Below are positions 8,125-17,564 of a stretch of 64,000 bases of DNA, one piece after another. The stretch is taken from positions 15,063-79,062 of the forward strand of contig JAFGFM010000094.1 in assembly GCA_016931115.1 (NCBI GenBank), read 5' to 3'. The translations under genes and the position numbers were made by a program. Every line of letters starts with the position of its first letter. Within the stretch, counting starts at the first letter, position 1. The stretch comes from Deltaproteobacteria bacterium. GTDB lineage: Bacteria > Desulfobacterota > DSM-4660 > Desulfatiglandales > HGW-15. Under the pieces are notes generated by a model that saw only the letters and a program-made list of their open reading frames with translations, had not been told where the DNA came from and did not search any database.

Positions 8125-10536
8125 ATGGGTCTCTTTGACATATTCGGTCAGATATATCTCTTTTTTTCAAAAAGACGCCAGGCCCTTTTTGTGATCTCAG
8201 CTCTTGTAATCCTGTTAAGCCTTTTTTATCTTACAAAAATAAGGTTTTCAGAGGATATAAAATCGCTTTTACCGGATAGCAGAGAGGATTTTTTGCTTGA
8301 ATTCAATCTTCTCCAGCAGACCCCCTTTATGCATAAAGTCATAATAAATTTGAGGGAGAGGTCAGGAGCGGACAAAGAGGGGCTGACTGATGCAGCTGAT
8401 GATCTGGCAAAGGCAATTTCTGCCTCCCAATATTTCACCAGTGTTACTTCCGGGCCTGTATCGGATCAGAATTTCGATATCTATACCTTTATAGTTAAAT
8501 CAATCCCAAACCTGATAACCCGGAATGATCTCGAAGAAATAAGGGGATGGCTTACACCGGGACATGTACATGAAAAACTGCTGGAGAGGTATACCGGACT
8601 CTTTTCGCCTGAAGGCTCCATGATGATAGATGATATCAGGCTTGATCCACTTGATATAAAAACGCTTGTACTTAAAAAGCTTTCCTCACTGAATATAATT
8701 CCTGAGGGTGCCATTAAAAAGAACCACTTTATAGACCAGTCAGGGAGAAATCTGCTGCTGATAGCTGATACGTGCGTGGATGTCACTGATACCTTAAACG
8801 CTGAGAGGATGCTTGCCGAACTGGAGGAAATTAAAAAAAAGGCATTACCTGAAAACCTGGAAATGCTTATACTGAGCCCTCAAAGCTATACTGTTACAAA
8901 TACGCGGGCAATCAAGAAAGATCTTGTTGTTGTGCTTTCAATATCCTCATTATCCATGATCATACTTTTTTTCCTGTTTTTAAAAAACTGGCGCGCTATT
9001 TTTATACTCCTGATATCATTTTCGTCATTTACCATTGCCCTTGGAGGGGTATCAGTTATTTACTCTACCATATCTGCAATTACCATAGGGTTTGGTTCAG
9101 TACTGCTGGGGCTATCAGATGATCTCAGTCTGCATGTCTATTTTGCCCTGCGCAGGGATGGGGGGAGGTATGATGCAGGACATATTATGTCAGAGGTCTC
9201 CCGACCTGTCCTGTATGGCGGTCTTATAATAATCTGTTCTCTCTCACTGCTCCTGTTATCAGAGCTGCCTGGCCAGCGGCAGCTTGGGCTATTTTCCATT
9301 ATCGGTGTTATCACATCGCTTGTCTTTACCCTGGTATTGTTACCGCAGATGATGCGGGCGACCTCATCATCAAAAGAAATCAAATCCGATAATATCATCC
9401 TTGTAAAGGGTAAAACCAGCCGCCCCATACTCTATATCTCCCTGTGGATCATTATGATCATTGCATGTTTCTGGTCAGGAAAAGGAATAACCTTTGACGG
9501 TGATCTTAATAATCTCAATTACAGGTCTGATGAGCTTAAGTATATAGAGGGGTATATTAAAAGGACATGGGGGGATTTTAACAGCAGGGCAATGATATTT
9601 TCAGAGGGTGATGACCTGGAATCGGCCCTTATGGTCAATGAATCGCTTTATAATTACATTAAAGATGATTCAGGAAAAGAGACTATAATCAGTATTGCAC
9701 CTGTACTGCCATCGATCGAAACCCAGAGATCCAATATTGATACATGGAAATCCTTCTGGTCTGAAAATAAAAACATAGTAACCCGTATTTTTGAAAATGA
9801 GGGCAGCTCTATCGGGTTTACCCCTGATGCCTTTGACCCTTTTATAAAAAGCCTTGATGAATCACCCGATTTTATCACACCTGATACACTAAACAGGGCA
9901 GGGATATCAGCCCTGATAGATTCCCTTATCATACCCTACAAAGAAAAGATCAGGATTCTTACACTTGCCCCTGATAATGAGAGGATAAGGGCACTTTTAA
10001 AAGCGTCTGATTGCCCCGGTGGTGTGAGATTTGTATCGCAGGGTTATATAGGAGAGATGATCAGGAAGACAGTCGGGCATGATTTTGTCCATTTCATAGC
10101 TGGTGCACTGATTGTCATTTTGGTCCTACTGATCCCGCTTTTCAGGGATTTTAAAAAGGTGATGCTTAGCATGGTGCCTGTTGTTACAGGTGTGGTATTC
10201 ATGTTTGGAATAATGGGGTTATTTGATATAGCATTCAATATCTTTAATGTGATTTCATCGATATTATTAATCGGTCTTGGAATTGATTATGGTATATTTA
10301 TGGTATGCAGGTGTTCTGAGGATTATGAGCATGATACTGATACAGCGGTCCTTTTATCGGGCCTTACAACTGTTACAGGGTTTGGGGCGCTCATATTTGC
10401 AAGCCACCCTGCTCTCTATTCTATCGGTATAACTGTTTTACTGGGAATAGGGGCTGCAATACCCTCTGCTATATATGTTATCCCGGCCCTGTATCATTAT
10501 TTTGACAAAGGGGGCAAAAAGGTAGTATCTCTTTGA
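8125..10536 (+). CDS. MMPL/RND-superfamily predicted lipid exporter
   Basis: 803 aa with two hydrophobic multi-helix blocks separated by large soluble loops. Start ATG directly abuts the LolA-like stop. Confidence 0.8.
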   Translation: MGLFDIFGQIYLFFSKRRQALFVISALVILLSLFYLTKIRFSEDIKSLLPDSREDFLLEFNLLQQTPFMHKVIINLRERSGADKEGLTDAADDLAKAISASQYFTSVTSGPVSDQNFDIYTFIVKSIPNLITRNDLEEIRGWLTPGHVHEKLLERYTGLFSPEGSMMIDDIRLDPLDIKTLVLKKLSSLNIIPEGAIKKNHFIDQSGRNLLLIADTCVDVTDTLNAERMLAELEEIKKKALPENLEMLILSPQSYTVTNTRAIKKDLVVVLSISSLSMIILFFLFLKNWRAIFILLISFSSFTIALGGVSVIYSTISAITIGFGSVLLGLSDDLSLHVYFALRRDGGRYDAGHIMSEVSRPVLYGGLIIICSLSLLLLSELPGQRQLGLFSIIGVITSLVFTLVLLPQMMRATSSSKEIKSDNIILVKGKTSRPILYISLWIIMIIACFWSGKGITFDGDLNNLNYRSDELKYIEGYIKRTWGDFNSRAMIFSEGDDLESALMVNESLYNYIKDDSGKETIISIAPVLPSIETQRSNIDTWKSFWSENKNIVTRIFENEGSSIGFTPDAFDPFIKSLDESPDFITPDTLNRAGISALIDSLIIPYKEKIRILTLAPDNERIRALLKASDCPGGVRFVSQGYIGEMIRKTVGHDFVHFIAGALIVILVLLIPLFRDFKKVMLSMVPVVTGVVFMFGIMGLFDIAFNIFNVISSILLIGLGIDYGIFMVCRCSEDYEHDTDTAVLLSGLTTVTGFGALIFASHPALYSIGITVLLGIGAAIPSAIYVIPALYHYFDKGGKKVVSL

Positions 10537-10553
10537 TGCCCTGAGGTATGAGT

Positions 10554-10922
10554 ATGAAAAATCTGATAGAGGCTATAAAAAAATCGTCTGCCAAACCGGC
10601 CCAGATTAAAAGTCAATGGGAGATATCAAACTCCTACTGTTTTAATAATAGTTTTTTAGGTTTTTCAGGCCACTTCCCCGGATACCCCATACTTCCGGCT
10701 GTAATGCAGCTGCTTCTTGCACAATTGCTTATTGAAGAGCAGAAGGGCCATAAGATAGAGGTAATATCAATAGAAAAGGCTAAGTTTCTTTCTGAGATAA
10801 GGCCCAATGACCCGGTAACAGTTATCTGTACAAATGCTGATACAGATAATGGCCAGAGGAGTAAAGTAAAAATTGTATCAGGTGACAGGGCTGTATCCTC
10901 TTTCACTATCTGTTTCCGCTAA
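10554..10922 (+). CDS. hotdog-fold dehydratase-like protein (DH-2, probable partner of DH-1)
   Basis: FSGHFPGYPILPAVMQLLLAQL resembles the FabZ GHFPGxPImPGVL block. gagg lies 7 nt before ATG 10554, so I prefer it to the track start 10548. Confidence 0.65.
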   Translation: MKNLIEAIKKSSAKPAQIKSQWEISNSYCFNNSFLGFSGHFPGYPILPAVMQLLLAQLLIEEQKGHKIEVISIEKAKFLSEIRPNDPVTVICTNADTDNGQRSKVKIVSGDRAVSSFTICFR

Positions 10923-10939
10923 TTAAAGGAGAATATGAA

Positions 10940-11401
10940 TTGTTAAGGCCCTACTTTAAGAGCATGATAAATGCACCTCAGCCCCTCACTGTAAAGGTGG
11001 AACGGAGGGTAAGGTTTGAAGAGGTGGATCCTCTTGGTATTGTCTGGCATGGCCGTTACCCCAGCTTTTTTGAAGATGCAAGGGGCGCCCTTGGCGAAAA
11101 ATATGGGATCAGTTATCTGGATTTTTATAATAATGGTATTATTGCCCCCATAAAAAGGATGCATATTGATTACCACCTGCCCTTATCCTACCCGGATGTT
11201 TTTGTAATCGAGGGGATACTACACTGGTCAGATGCAGCAAGGATTGATTTTGAATATGTTATCATGGACAGTAAGGGGGCACTGCTGACAACAGGATATA
11301 CAGTACAGGTAATGCTTGATCCGAATAAAAATCTTTATATGGTTTTACCTCCTTTTTATATGGAGTTTTGTCAGAGATGGAAGAGAGGTGATTTTAAATA
11401 G
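10940..11401 (+). CDS. acyl-CoA/acyl-ACP thioesterase (4HBT/YbgC-like hotdog)
   Basis: VRFEEVDPLGIVWHGRYPSFFEDAR is the typical 4HBT N-terminal block. TTG start with aaggag 8 nt upstream. Confidence 0.75.
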   Translation: MLRPYFKSMINAPQPLTVKVERRVRFEEVDPLGIVWHGRYPSFFEDARGALGEKYGISYLDFYNNGIIAPIKRMHIDYHLPLSYPDVFVIEGILHWSDAARIDFEYVIMDSKGALLTTGYTVQVMLDPNKNLYMVLPPFYMEFCQRWKRGDFK

Positions 11402-12522
11402 CCTCTGTCTATGTCACTGATGCAAACGCTGTTACCCCGTTTGGCAGCACGCTTGAAGAGCTGTGGCAGGGGCTCTTATCCGGTAAAACAGAGATCAGAA
11501 GGATAACACGCTTTCCTGTGGATCGATATTATGCCGGGGTGGCCTCCTGTATAGAGGGCCTTGAACAGGGGGGTAACAGGTCACTTGTTTATGAACTGAT
11601 TGACCGGGTGTTAGAAAATACAGGGATAGTACCCTCTGATACCTTTTTGATAACCGCATCCACAAAGGCTGGTATTGACAGGATAGTTGACTCAGTTAAA
11701 AAACCGCCATCGGATTATTCAGACTCTTTCCCTCAACATATAGCAGATTATATTTGTGATAGATTTTCCCTTTCAGGTGAAACTCTTCACATAAGCGCTG
11801 CATGCGCATCATCAACTGTTGCCATTGCAAGGGGCGCAGCACTTATTAAGAGCGGGAGGTATGATTCAGTACTTATATGCTGCTATGACCTTGTTACAGA
11901 ATTTGTATTTTCCGGTTTCTGCAGTTTACAGGCTATGTCACCCGCTGCCTGCAAACCCTTTGATAAGAACAGGAAGGGTATGTCTATAGGTGAAGGTGCA
12001 GCAACACTTCTGCTCATGAATGAGAAAAAGGCCAGAGAGCTGGGTAAAAAAACAATGGGGATCATATCAGGCTGGGCAGTTACAAATGACGCAACACATA
12101 TAACCAGGCCTGACAAAGATGGGTGCGGGCTAGCCCTTGCCATAGAAAAATCAGCCCTGATGGCAGGAATTAACACTGATTCCATTTCTGCCATATGCGC
12201 TCATGGTACAGGCACCCTGTACAATGATTCAATGGAACTTGCCGCATACAAAAATGTATTCGGTTCAAGAAACATACCTGTATTTTCTGTCAAAGGGGCA
12301 ATAGGACACACCCTTGGGGCAGCCGGCGGTATTGAGGCAGCAGTGAGTCTGAAGTGCCTTATGCATGGTGTAATACCTCCAACTACAGGCTTTACTGATC
12401 CTGACCCTGATGCAGCGGGTCTGGTAAGTTCTGGCCCTGTTAAGACAGATATTAGATGTATCCTCTCGACAAACTCGGGTTTTGCCGGTGTCAATGCCTC
12501 AGTTATTATGGAAAGGGGATAA
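11398..12522 (+). CDS. beta-ketoacyl-ACP synthase (KS-3, Cys-His-His); start codon unresolved
   Basis: ISAACASSTVA Cys, HGTGTLYND and GHTLGAAGGIEA His motifs. The first canonical start is GTG 11518. However, the same frame upstream encodes the conserved KS N-terminus VYVTDANAVTPFGSTLEELWQGLLSGKTEIRRITRF, open from 11398. Confidence 0.8.
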   Translation: MASVYVTDANAVTPFGSTLEELWQGLLSGKTEIRRITRFPVDRYYAGVASCIEGLEQGGNRSLVYELIDRVLENTGIVPSDTFLITASTKAGIDRIVDSVKKPPSDYSDSFPQHIADYICDRFSLSGETLHISAACASSTVAIARGAALIKSGRYDSVLICCYDLVTEFVFSGFCSLQAMSPAACKPFDKNRKGMSIGEGAATLLLMNEKKARELGKKTMGIISGWAVTNDATHITRPDKDGCGLALAIEKSALMAGINTDSISAICAHGTGTLYNDSMELAAYKNVFGSRNIPVFSVKGAIGHTLGAAGGIEAAVSLKCLMHGVIPPTTGFTDPDPDAAGLVSSGPVKTDIRCILSTNSGFAGVNASVIMERG

Positions 12523-12526
12523 TCTG

Positions 12527-13228
12527 ATGTTCATTACAGGGATAGGATGGGTGACTTCAGGAGGGGTTGGAAAGGGCAACAGTGCTGACCCTTTTGATTT
12601 TAAAAAAGGCGCCCTTCCTGATATTTCAGGCAATGATTTTCCTGTTAATCCCATCTTTCGTAAAGGGAGGCTTGATCGCTTTTCTCTGCTGGGGTTAGAG
12701 GCCATTGCCATTGCCCTAAAAGATGCAGGTCTGTATGAGTATAACATCAAGCGACATATCGGTATTGTCGCGTCAACAGTATTTGGATGCCTTGTTACTG
12801 ACCTTGATTTTCATGAAACAGTTACTCCTGAAAACAATACCCTGCCTGATCCTAATCTCTTTACACATACACTGCCGAACATATTTTTAGGTTATGCTGC
12901 CATGCTCTTTGGTTTGACTGGGCCAAATTATATACTCTATGAAAAGGAGAGCAGAGGTCATGGTGCGCTCTATTCGGCAGTGGAGTCTATACAGTCAGGG
13001 GAATGCGATATTATGCTTGCAGGAATATGTGATGTTGAACCCCCTGATGGCTATATATATAATGACGCATTCAGGCCAGGGGCCATATTTATCATGATTG
13101 AAAATAACCCCTGTGATAAACAAAATTATGGCAAACTTACAGTGGATAAAAATGGTAATATTTACTTGAATAACCTTATTATTGAAGATATTGAATCATG
13201 TGTGAGAGAGTGCATTAAAAAGGCATGA
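12527..13228 (+). CDS. KS-like protein lacking active-site Cys (chain-length-factor-like partner, short form)
   Basis: ITGIGWVTSGG KS-type N-terminus. The ACxS position reads YEKESRG, so no Cys, and the C-terminal His half is absent. gggga RBS 7 nt before ATG 12527. The track start 12482 lies inside KS-3. Confidence 0.6.
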   Translation: MFITGIGWVTSGGVGKGNSADPFDFKKGALPDISGNDFPVNPIFRKGRLDRFSLLGLEAIAIALKDAGLYEYNIKRHIGIVASTVFGCLVTDLDFHETVTPENNTLPDPNLFTHTLPNIFLGYAAMLFGLTGPNYILYEKESRGHGALYSAVESIQSGECDIMLAGICDVEPPDGYIYNDAFRPGAIFIMIENNPCDKQNYGKLTVDKNGNIYLNNLIIEDIESCVRECIKKA

Positions 13229-13233
13229 ACTGA

Positions 13234-13307
13234 AGGGGCACGGCGCACCGTGCCCTTGAACGCGTAATGCACTTTGCTAAACAGGGCACGATGCCTCGTG
13301 CCCCTAC
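13234..13307. repeat. GC-rich double-hairpin element (GGGGC...GCCCCTAC family), copy 1
   Basis: aggggcacggcgcaccgtgccc ... agggcacgatgcctcgtgcccctac. Same architecture as 27533-27613 and 40100-40179. Confidence 0.75.
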
Positions 13308-13365
13308 GATAATGAATATTGAGGTGATAAATTGATAAAATTATCGATGGTGTTCCCTCAATGTA

Positions 13366-13386
13366 GAGACAAGGCATGCCTTGTCT
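13366..13386. repeat. palindromic REP-like element, copy 2
   Basis: gagacaaggcatgccttgtct preceded by atgta as in copy 1. Followed by ggtcagggataaaccctaccc at about 13397-13420, which is related to the hairpin near copy 1. Confidence 0.85.
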
Positions 13387-13469
13387 AAAAATAGAGGTCA
13401 GGGATAAACCCTACCCTATGGTTCGTGCATGAGAATAAAAATTAATTATTTATCGCATAGAGGAAAATT

Positions 13470-14735
13470 ATGAATCTGACACTTATATACCCCAAATGGC
13501 CAAAACTGGATCGACAGACAGAATTTCACCTTCCGCCCCATGGGCCTGTTGTCTTTGCAGCGGAGGTTCCCAAGGATGTTAATCTGCAATTTATTGATGA
13601 GACCTTTGAAGAGATTGATTACACAAGCGCAACTGATCTTGTTGCACTCTCTGTCATGCTTACATGCCAGGTACCCAGGGCCATAGAGATAGCTGAACAA
13701 TACCGGGCAAAAAAAATCCCTGTCATATTTGGCGGTATTGCAACCATGCTTCACAGTGAGGAGCTAATGAACCACAGCGACTCGGTTTTTCTGGGTGAGG
13801 TTGAGGGACGTTTTGGCCAGGTTATTGATGATTTCAAAAACAGGCGACTTCAAAAGGTATATAACTATATGAATAACCTCCCTGATATCAACCTTGTCGG
13901 GACCGCCAGAAGAGAAATATTGAATTCAGATTATTATGCCTACAGAGGTGTAAAGATGCTTGATCTCGTGCATGCATCAAGGGGATGTAAATTCAACTGT
14001 TTCCCCTGTTGTGTCGGATACCTTGGTGGAAGGGTCTTCCGGCCAAGGCCTGTTGACAGAGTGATGGAAGAGATGAGCTCCATTCAGAATAACCGGCTCT
14101 TTATTGTGGATAACTCCCTTGCACAGGAGCGAGACTGGCTGAAAAAGCTCTTTACTGCCATGATACCGCTTAAAAAGACATGGGTTTCCCACCCTATCAT
14201 GGATGACGATGAGGTACTCACCCTTGCAAAGGATGCAGGCTGCTGGTATGTGTACCAGGCAATAGTGAATACATCAAATGGAATAAGAAACCGTGTCAGG
14301 CGTCTCAAAGAACATGGCATAGGTGTTGAAGGGACTATCCTTCTCGGGACAGATGACCAGACCGAAGATGACATCAAGCGCCTTGTTGATTTTCTGCTTG
14401 AGATAGAGCTGGACATGGCCGAGTTCACAATACTCACTCCCTTTCCCCACAGCCCGATCCGTGCAGATTATGAGAAAGAGGGCAGGATTATTTCAAACAA
14501 CTGGCTTGATTATACCTGCGATAAGGTAGTTTTCAAGCCAAAAAAAATGTCACCTGATACCCTTTATAAAATGTACCACTATGCATGGGATACATTTTAT
14601 TACAATACAAGCCCCAGCCTTAAAATGAGCTTCCTTTTTAAGAAGGCTGTAATGAGCGAAATGGAAAAGGGCACATACCGGCAGTACAATCCGCGTAAAA
14701 AACGTTCCTTTGTAAACAGGGAGAACAATGAGTAA
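13470..14735 (+). CDS. B12-binding-domain radical SAM enzyme (rSAM-1)
   Basis: N-terminal cobalamin-binding-like Rossmann region (DLVALSVML...IPVIFGGIATM). CX3CX2C cluster SRGCKFNCFPCC. C-terminal DUF4070-like tail. Confidence 0.85.
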   Translation: MNLTLIYPKWPKLDRQTEFHLPPHGPVVFAAEVPKDVNLQFIDETFEEIDYTSATDLVALSVMLTCQVPRAIEIAEQYRAKKIPVIFGGIATMLHSEELMNHSDSVFLGEVEGRFGQVIDDFKNRRLQKVYNYMNNLPDINLVGTARREILNSDYYAYRGVKMLDLVHASRGCKFNCFPCCVGYLGGRVFRPRPVDRVMEEMSSIQNNRLFIVDNSLAQERDWLKKLFTAMIPLKKTWVSHPIMDDDEVLTLAKDAGCWYVYQAIVNTSNGIRNRVRRLKEHGIGVEGTILLGTDDQTEDDIKRLVDFLLEIELDMAEFTILTPFPHSPIRADYEKEGRIISNNWLDYTCDKVVFKPKKMSPDTLYKMYHYAWDTFYYNTSPSLKMSFLFKKAVMSEMEKGTYRQYNPRKKRSFVNRENNE

Positions 14736-16101
14736 GGTACTGATGATATCATCAAATACCTTTGCCTATTCATACCCGGTTTATCCTCTTGGCATGGCAA
14801 TGGTAACAGGTGCACTGAAAAAAAAGGGGCACAGTGTGGTTCAGTTTGATTATTCCGCCCATGAATATCCGGAAGAAGAACTGAGGAAGAGAATAATTGA
14901 TTTTGCACCCGATTACATCGGCATATCTGTAAGAAACATTGATGAAGTGGATTCAATGAGCATAGAGCCATCAGTGCTTGGCATTGAAAAAAGGATTGTG
15001 AGCATTATCAGAAACACAACCAGTGCTGCTATTATTATAGGGGGTTCAGCCTTTTCCATTATGCCTGAAGAGATTCTTGAATATACAGGCGCTGATTATG
15101 GCATTGTCGGCGCAGGAGAAGGTCAGGTAACAGGGCTCATAGAGTCTCTTAAACTTGGCAAACCTGTGCCCCGGATATCAAGGGGCTGCCCGCTTAATAT
15201 CGATTGCAGCAATAACATCTCCCCTGAATGGGAAAAGGTAATGGTTGATTTTTACATAAAGAAAAGCGGCATGCTTAATATCCAGACAAAAAGGGGGTGC
15301 CCCTATAACTGTTCATACTGTGTTTATCCATCCCTTGAAGGAAAGAGCTTCAGATATCGTGACCCTGATGCAGTGATATATGATATTAAAAGGGCATACA
15401 GTGAATTCAACGTGAATACCTTCTTTATTACCGACTCCATATTCAATGACCCTGAAGGCCATTACCTTGAAATCGCCGAAAAGATTATACAATCGGGTAT
15501 GAATATCAGGTGGGCAGGTTATTTCAGACCAAAAGGGGTGAGCCAGGATGAATTCAGGCTCCTTAAACGTTCAGGCCTTTATGCGGTTGAGGTAGGGGCA
15601 GACGCAGGTTGTGACCATACCCTTTATGAAATGGGAAAGGGTTTTACATTTGAGGATATTATGGGATTTTACCGGGGATGCCTTAATGAAGGGATAGCAA
15701 GCGCCTATTTCTTTATCTTCGGAGGTCCTGGTGAGACCGGCAAAACCATTGATGAAGGGTTAATTAACCTGAAACAGCTTGAACATGGTGTTATTTTTAT
15801 TTACTCGGGTATAAGGATTCTGCCCGGGACAGGGCTCTACAGGCTTGCATTAAAGGAAAATATTATTTCAGAGGAAGATTCACTGCTGAGGCCAGTATAT
15901 TATTTTTCACCGGGCATTGATGTTAATGAGATGAACAGAAAGATCATTGAGGAGGCGGAGAAAAACCGAAGGTATATTTTCCCCCCTGAAAAGGGCAAGC
16001 TCATGATTGATGCCATGCATGCATTCGGTTACAGGGGGTTGTTATGGGATGAGCTTCTCAAAGTAACCGGCAGGTCAGAAAGGCACAGGAAGAGGCACTA
16101 A
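14728..16101 (+). CDS. B12-binding-domain radical SAM enzyme (rSAM-2, lipid-biosynthesis type)
   Basis: N-terminal B12-like domain (DYIGISVRN...IIIGGSAFS). TKRGCPYNCSYCVY cluster. 8-nt overlap with rSAM-1. Confidence 0.85.
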   Translation: MSKVLMISSNTFAYSYPVYPLGMAMVTGALKKKGHSVVQFDYSAHEYPEEELRKRIIDFAPDYIGISVRNIDEVDSMSIEPSVLGIEKRIVSIIRNTTSAAIIIGGSAFSIMPEEILEYTGADYGIVGAGEGQVTGLIESLKLGKPVPRISRGCPLNIDCSNNISPEWEKVMVDFYIKKSGMLNIQTKRGCPYNCSYCVYPSLEGKSFRYRDPDAVIYDIKRAYSEFNVNTFFITDSIFNDPEGHYLEIAEKIIQSGMNIRWAGYFRPKGVSQDEFRLLKRSGLYAVEVGADAGCDHTLYEMGKGFTFEDIMGFYRGCLNEGIASAYFFIFGGPGETGKTIDEGLINLKQLEHGVIFIYSGIRILPGTGLYRLALKENIISEEDSLLRPVYYFSPGIDVNEMNRKIIEEAEKNRRYIFPPEKGKLMIDAMHAFGYRGLLWDELLKVTGRSERHRKRH

Positions 16102-16104
16102 AAG

Positions 16105-17550
16105 ATGGGGCATCCTGATTTCAAGAATATCCTGCTTGTTCATCCCCTTGGCTATAAAAAGAGTGCAGCCAGGCAGGATGTGTCAAGGCTTGCCAATATT
16201 ATGCCTCCACTAGGGCTGGCAAGTATATCCGCCTATCTTGAGCAGCGTGGGACAGAAACCGCTATTATTGACTCTTATGCAAACCCTGACTCAGACCTGC
16301 TCATACAGAGTTATCTGCATGAGAAAACGCCAGCATATTTAGGGATAAGCTGCACAACATCCAGTTTTCTTGATGGTGTCCGAATAGCATCCATGGCAAA
16401 AAAGGTGTTGCCTGAAATAAAAGTAATATTTGGCGGTCCCCATGTCTCGGCCCTCAAGGGAAAGATACTTGAAGGGTATCCTCTAATAGATTTTTGTGCT
16501 ATTGGTGAGGGTGAGGTGACACTCTCGGAACTGATAGAGTCAGGCGGGGAGGATGCTGCAAAGATTGAGGGGCTTGCATACAGGGATTCGGGGAATGGGA
16601 TTCATGTCAATTCATACAGGTCAAATCTACTTGAACTTGACAGGCTCCCCTTTCCTGCATATTCAAAACTGAATGGATATCCAGTTGCCTACATGCTCCC
16701 CATATTCAACTATCCCGTCTCCCCGAATACCAGCTGTATTTCCAGCCGGGGATGCCCTTATGCATGCAGTTACTGTGACAGGTCAGTATTTCAAAGAACC
16801 TTTCGATACAACTCTGCTGAATACCTTTATGAGCATCTGAGATATTTGAAAGACAGATTCAATATAAGGCATATAAATTTTTATGATGACCAGTTTACAT
16901 TTAACAGGAAAAGGGTAGAGGCCTTTGCAGGGCTGATGATTGCAAGGCCCCTTAATATGACATTCAACTGTGCTGTAAGGGCGGAACATATAGATATGGA
17001 TCTGCTCCTTTTGATGAAGAGGGCCGGATGCTGGATGATAAGCCTCGGTATAGAATCTGGTGATGACAAACTGCTCTCCATGCATCGACAGAATGTCAAT
17101 TCTGAAATGATGAGGGAAAAAATTCATATGATAAAAAAGGCCGGTATCAGGACAAAGGGGCTCTTTATGATAGGCCTGCCCGGTGAAACAGTTGAGAGCA
17201 TTAAAAGGAGTATAGCATTCTACAGCTCCCTGCCCATTGATGAGATAAACGTTGCAAAATTTACCCCCTTTCCCGGGACACCTTTATATGAAAAAATTGT
17301 CCGGTCAGGCGGATTTACTGAAGAGTGGGAAAAGATGGACTGCATGCATTTTTTGTATATACCTGAAGGGATGGATGTTCAAACCCTGGAAACCTATTTT
17401 ATTAAGTTTTATAAGGCCCATTTTTCAAGATTAAGAACTATTGTGAGCTATATATCCATGATCTGGAAATCTCCTGAGAGCTGGAAACGATTTATCGTAA
17501 GCATGAGGAGATTTCTCCTCTTTGCCAAAAGTAATAAAAGATTTAATTGA
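16105..17550 (+). CDS. B12-binding-domain radical SAM enzyme (rSAM-3)
   Basis: B12-like domain (YLGISCTT...VIFGGPHVS). SSRGCPYACSYCDR cluster. Starts 3 nt after the rSAM-2 stop. Confidence 0.85.
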   Translation: MGHPDFKNILLVHPLGYKKSAARQDVSRLANIMPPLGLASISAYLEQRGTETAIIDSYANPDSDLLIQSYLHEKTPAYLGISCTTSSFLDGVRIASMAKKVLPEIKVIFGGPHVSALKGKILEGYPLIDFCAIGEGEVTLSELIESGGEDAAKIEGLAYRDSGNGIHVNSYRSNLLELDRLPFPAYSKLNGYPVAYMLPIFNYPVSPNTSCISSRGCPYACSYCDRSVFQRTFRYNSAEYLYEHLRYLKDRFNIRHINFYDDQFTFNRKRVEAFAGLMIARPLNMTFNCAVRAEHIDMDLLLLMKRAGCWMISLGIESGDDKLLSMHRQNVNSEMMREKIHMIKKAGIRTKGLFMIGLPGETVESIKRSIAFYSSLPIDEINVAKFTPFPGTPLYEKIVRSGGFTEEWEKMDCMHFLYIPEGMDVQTLETYFIKFYKAHFSRLRTIVSYISMIWKSPESWKRFIVSMRRFLLFAKSNKRFN

Positions 17551-17564
17551 CAGAACTGTAACCC

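Noticed and set aside
13229-13469. Cobalamin riboswitch upstream of the B12-radical SAM genes.
   Set aside because: I could not find a B12-box-like conserved core. The structured sequence here is explained by the dispersed repeat families, which also occur at unrelated loci.
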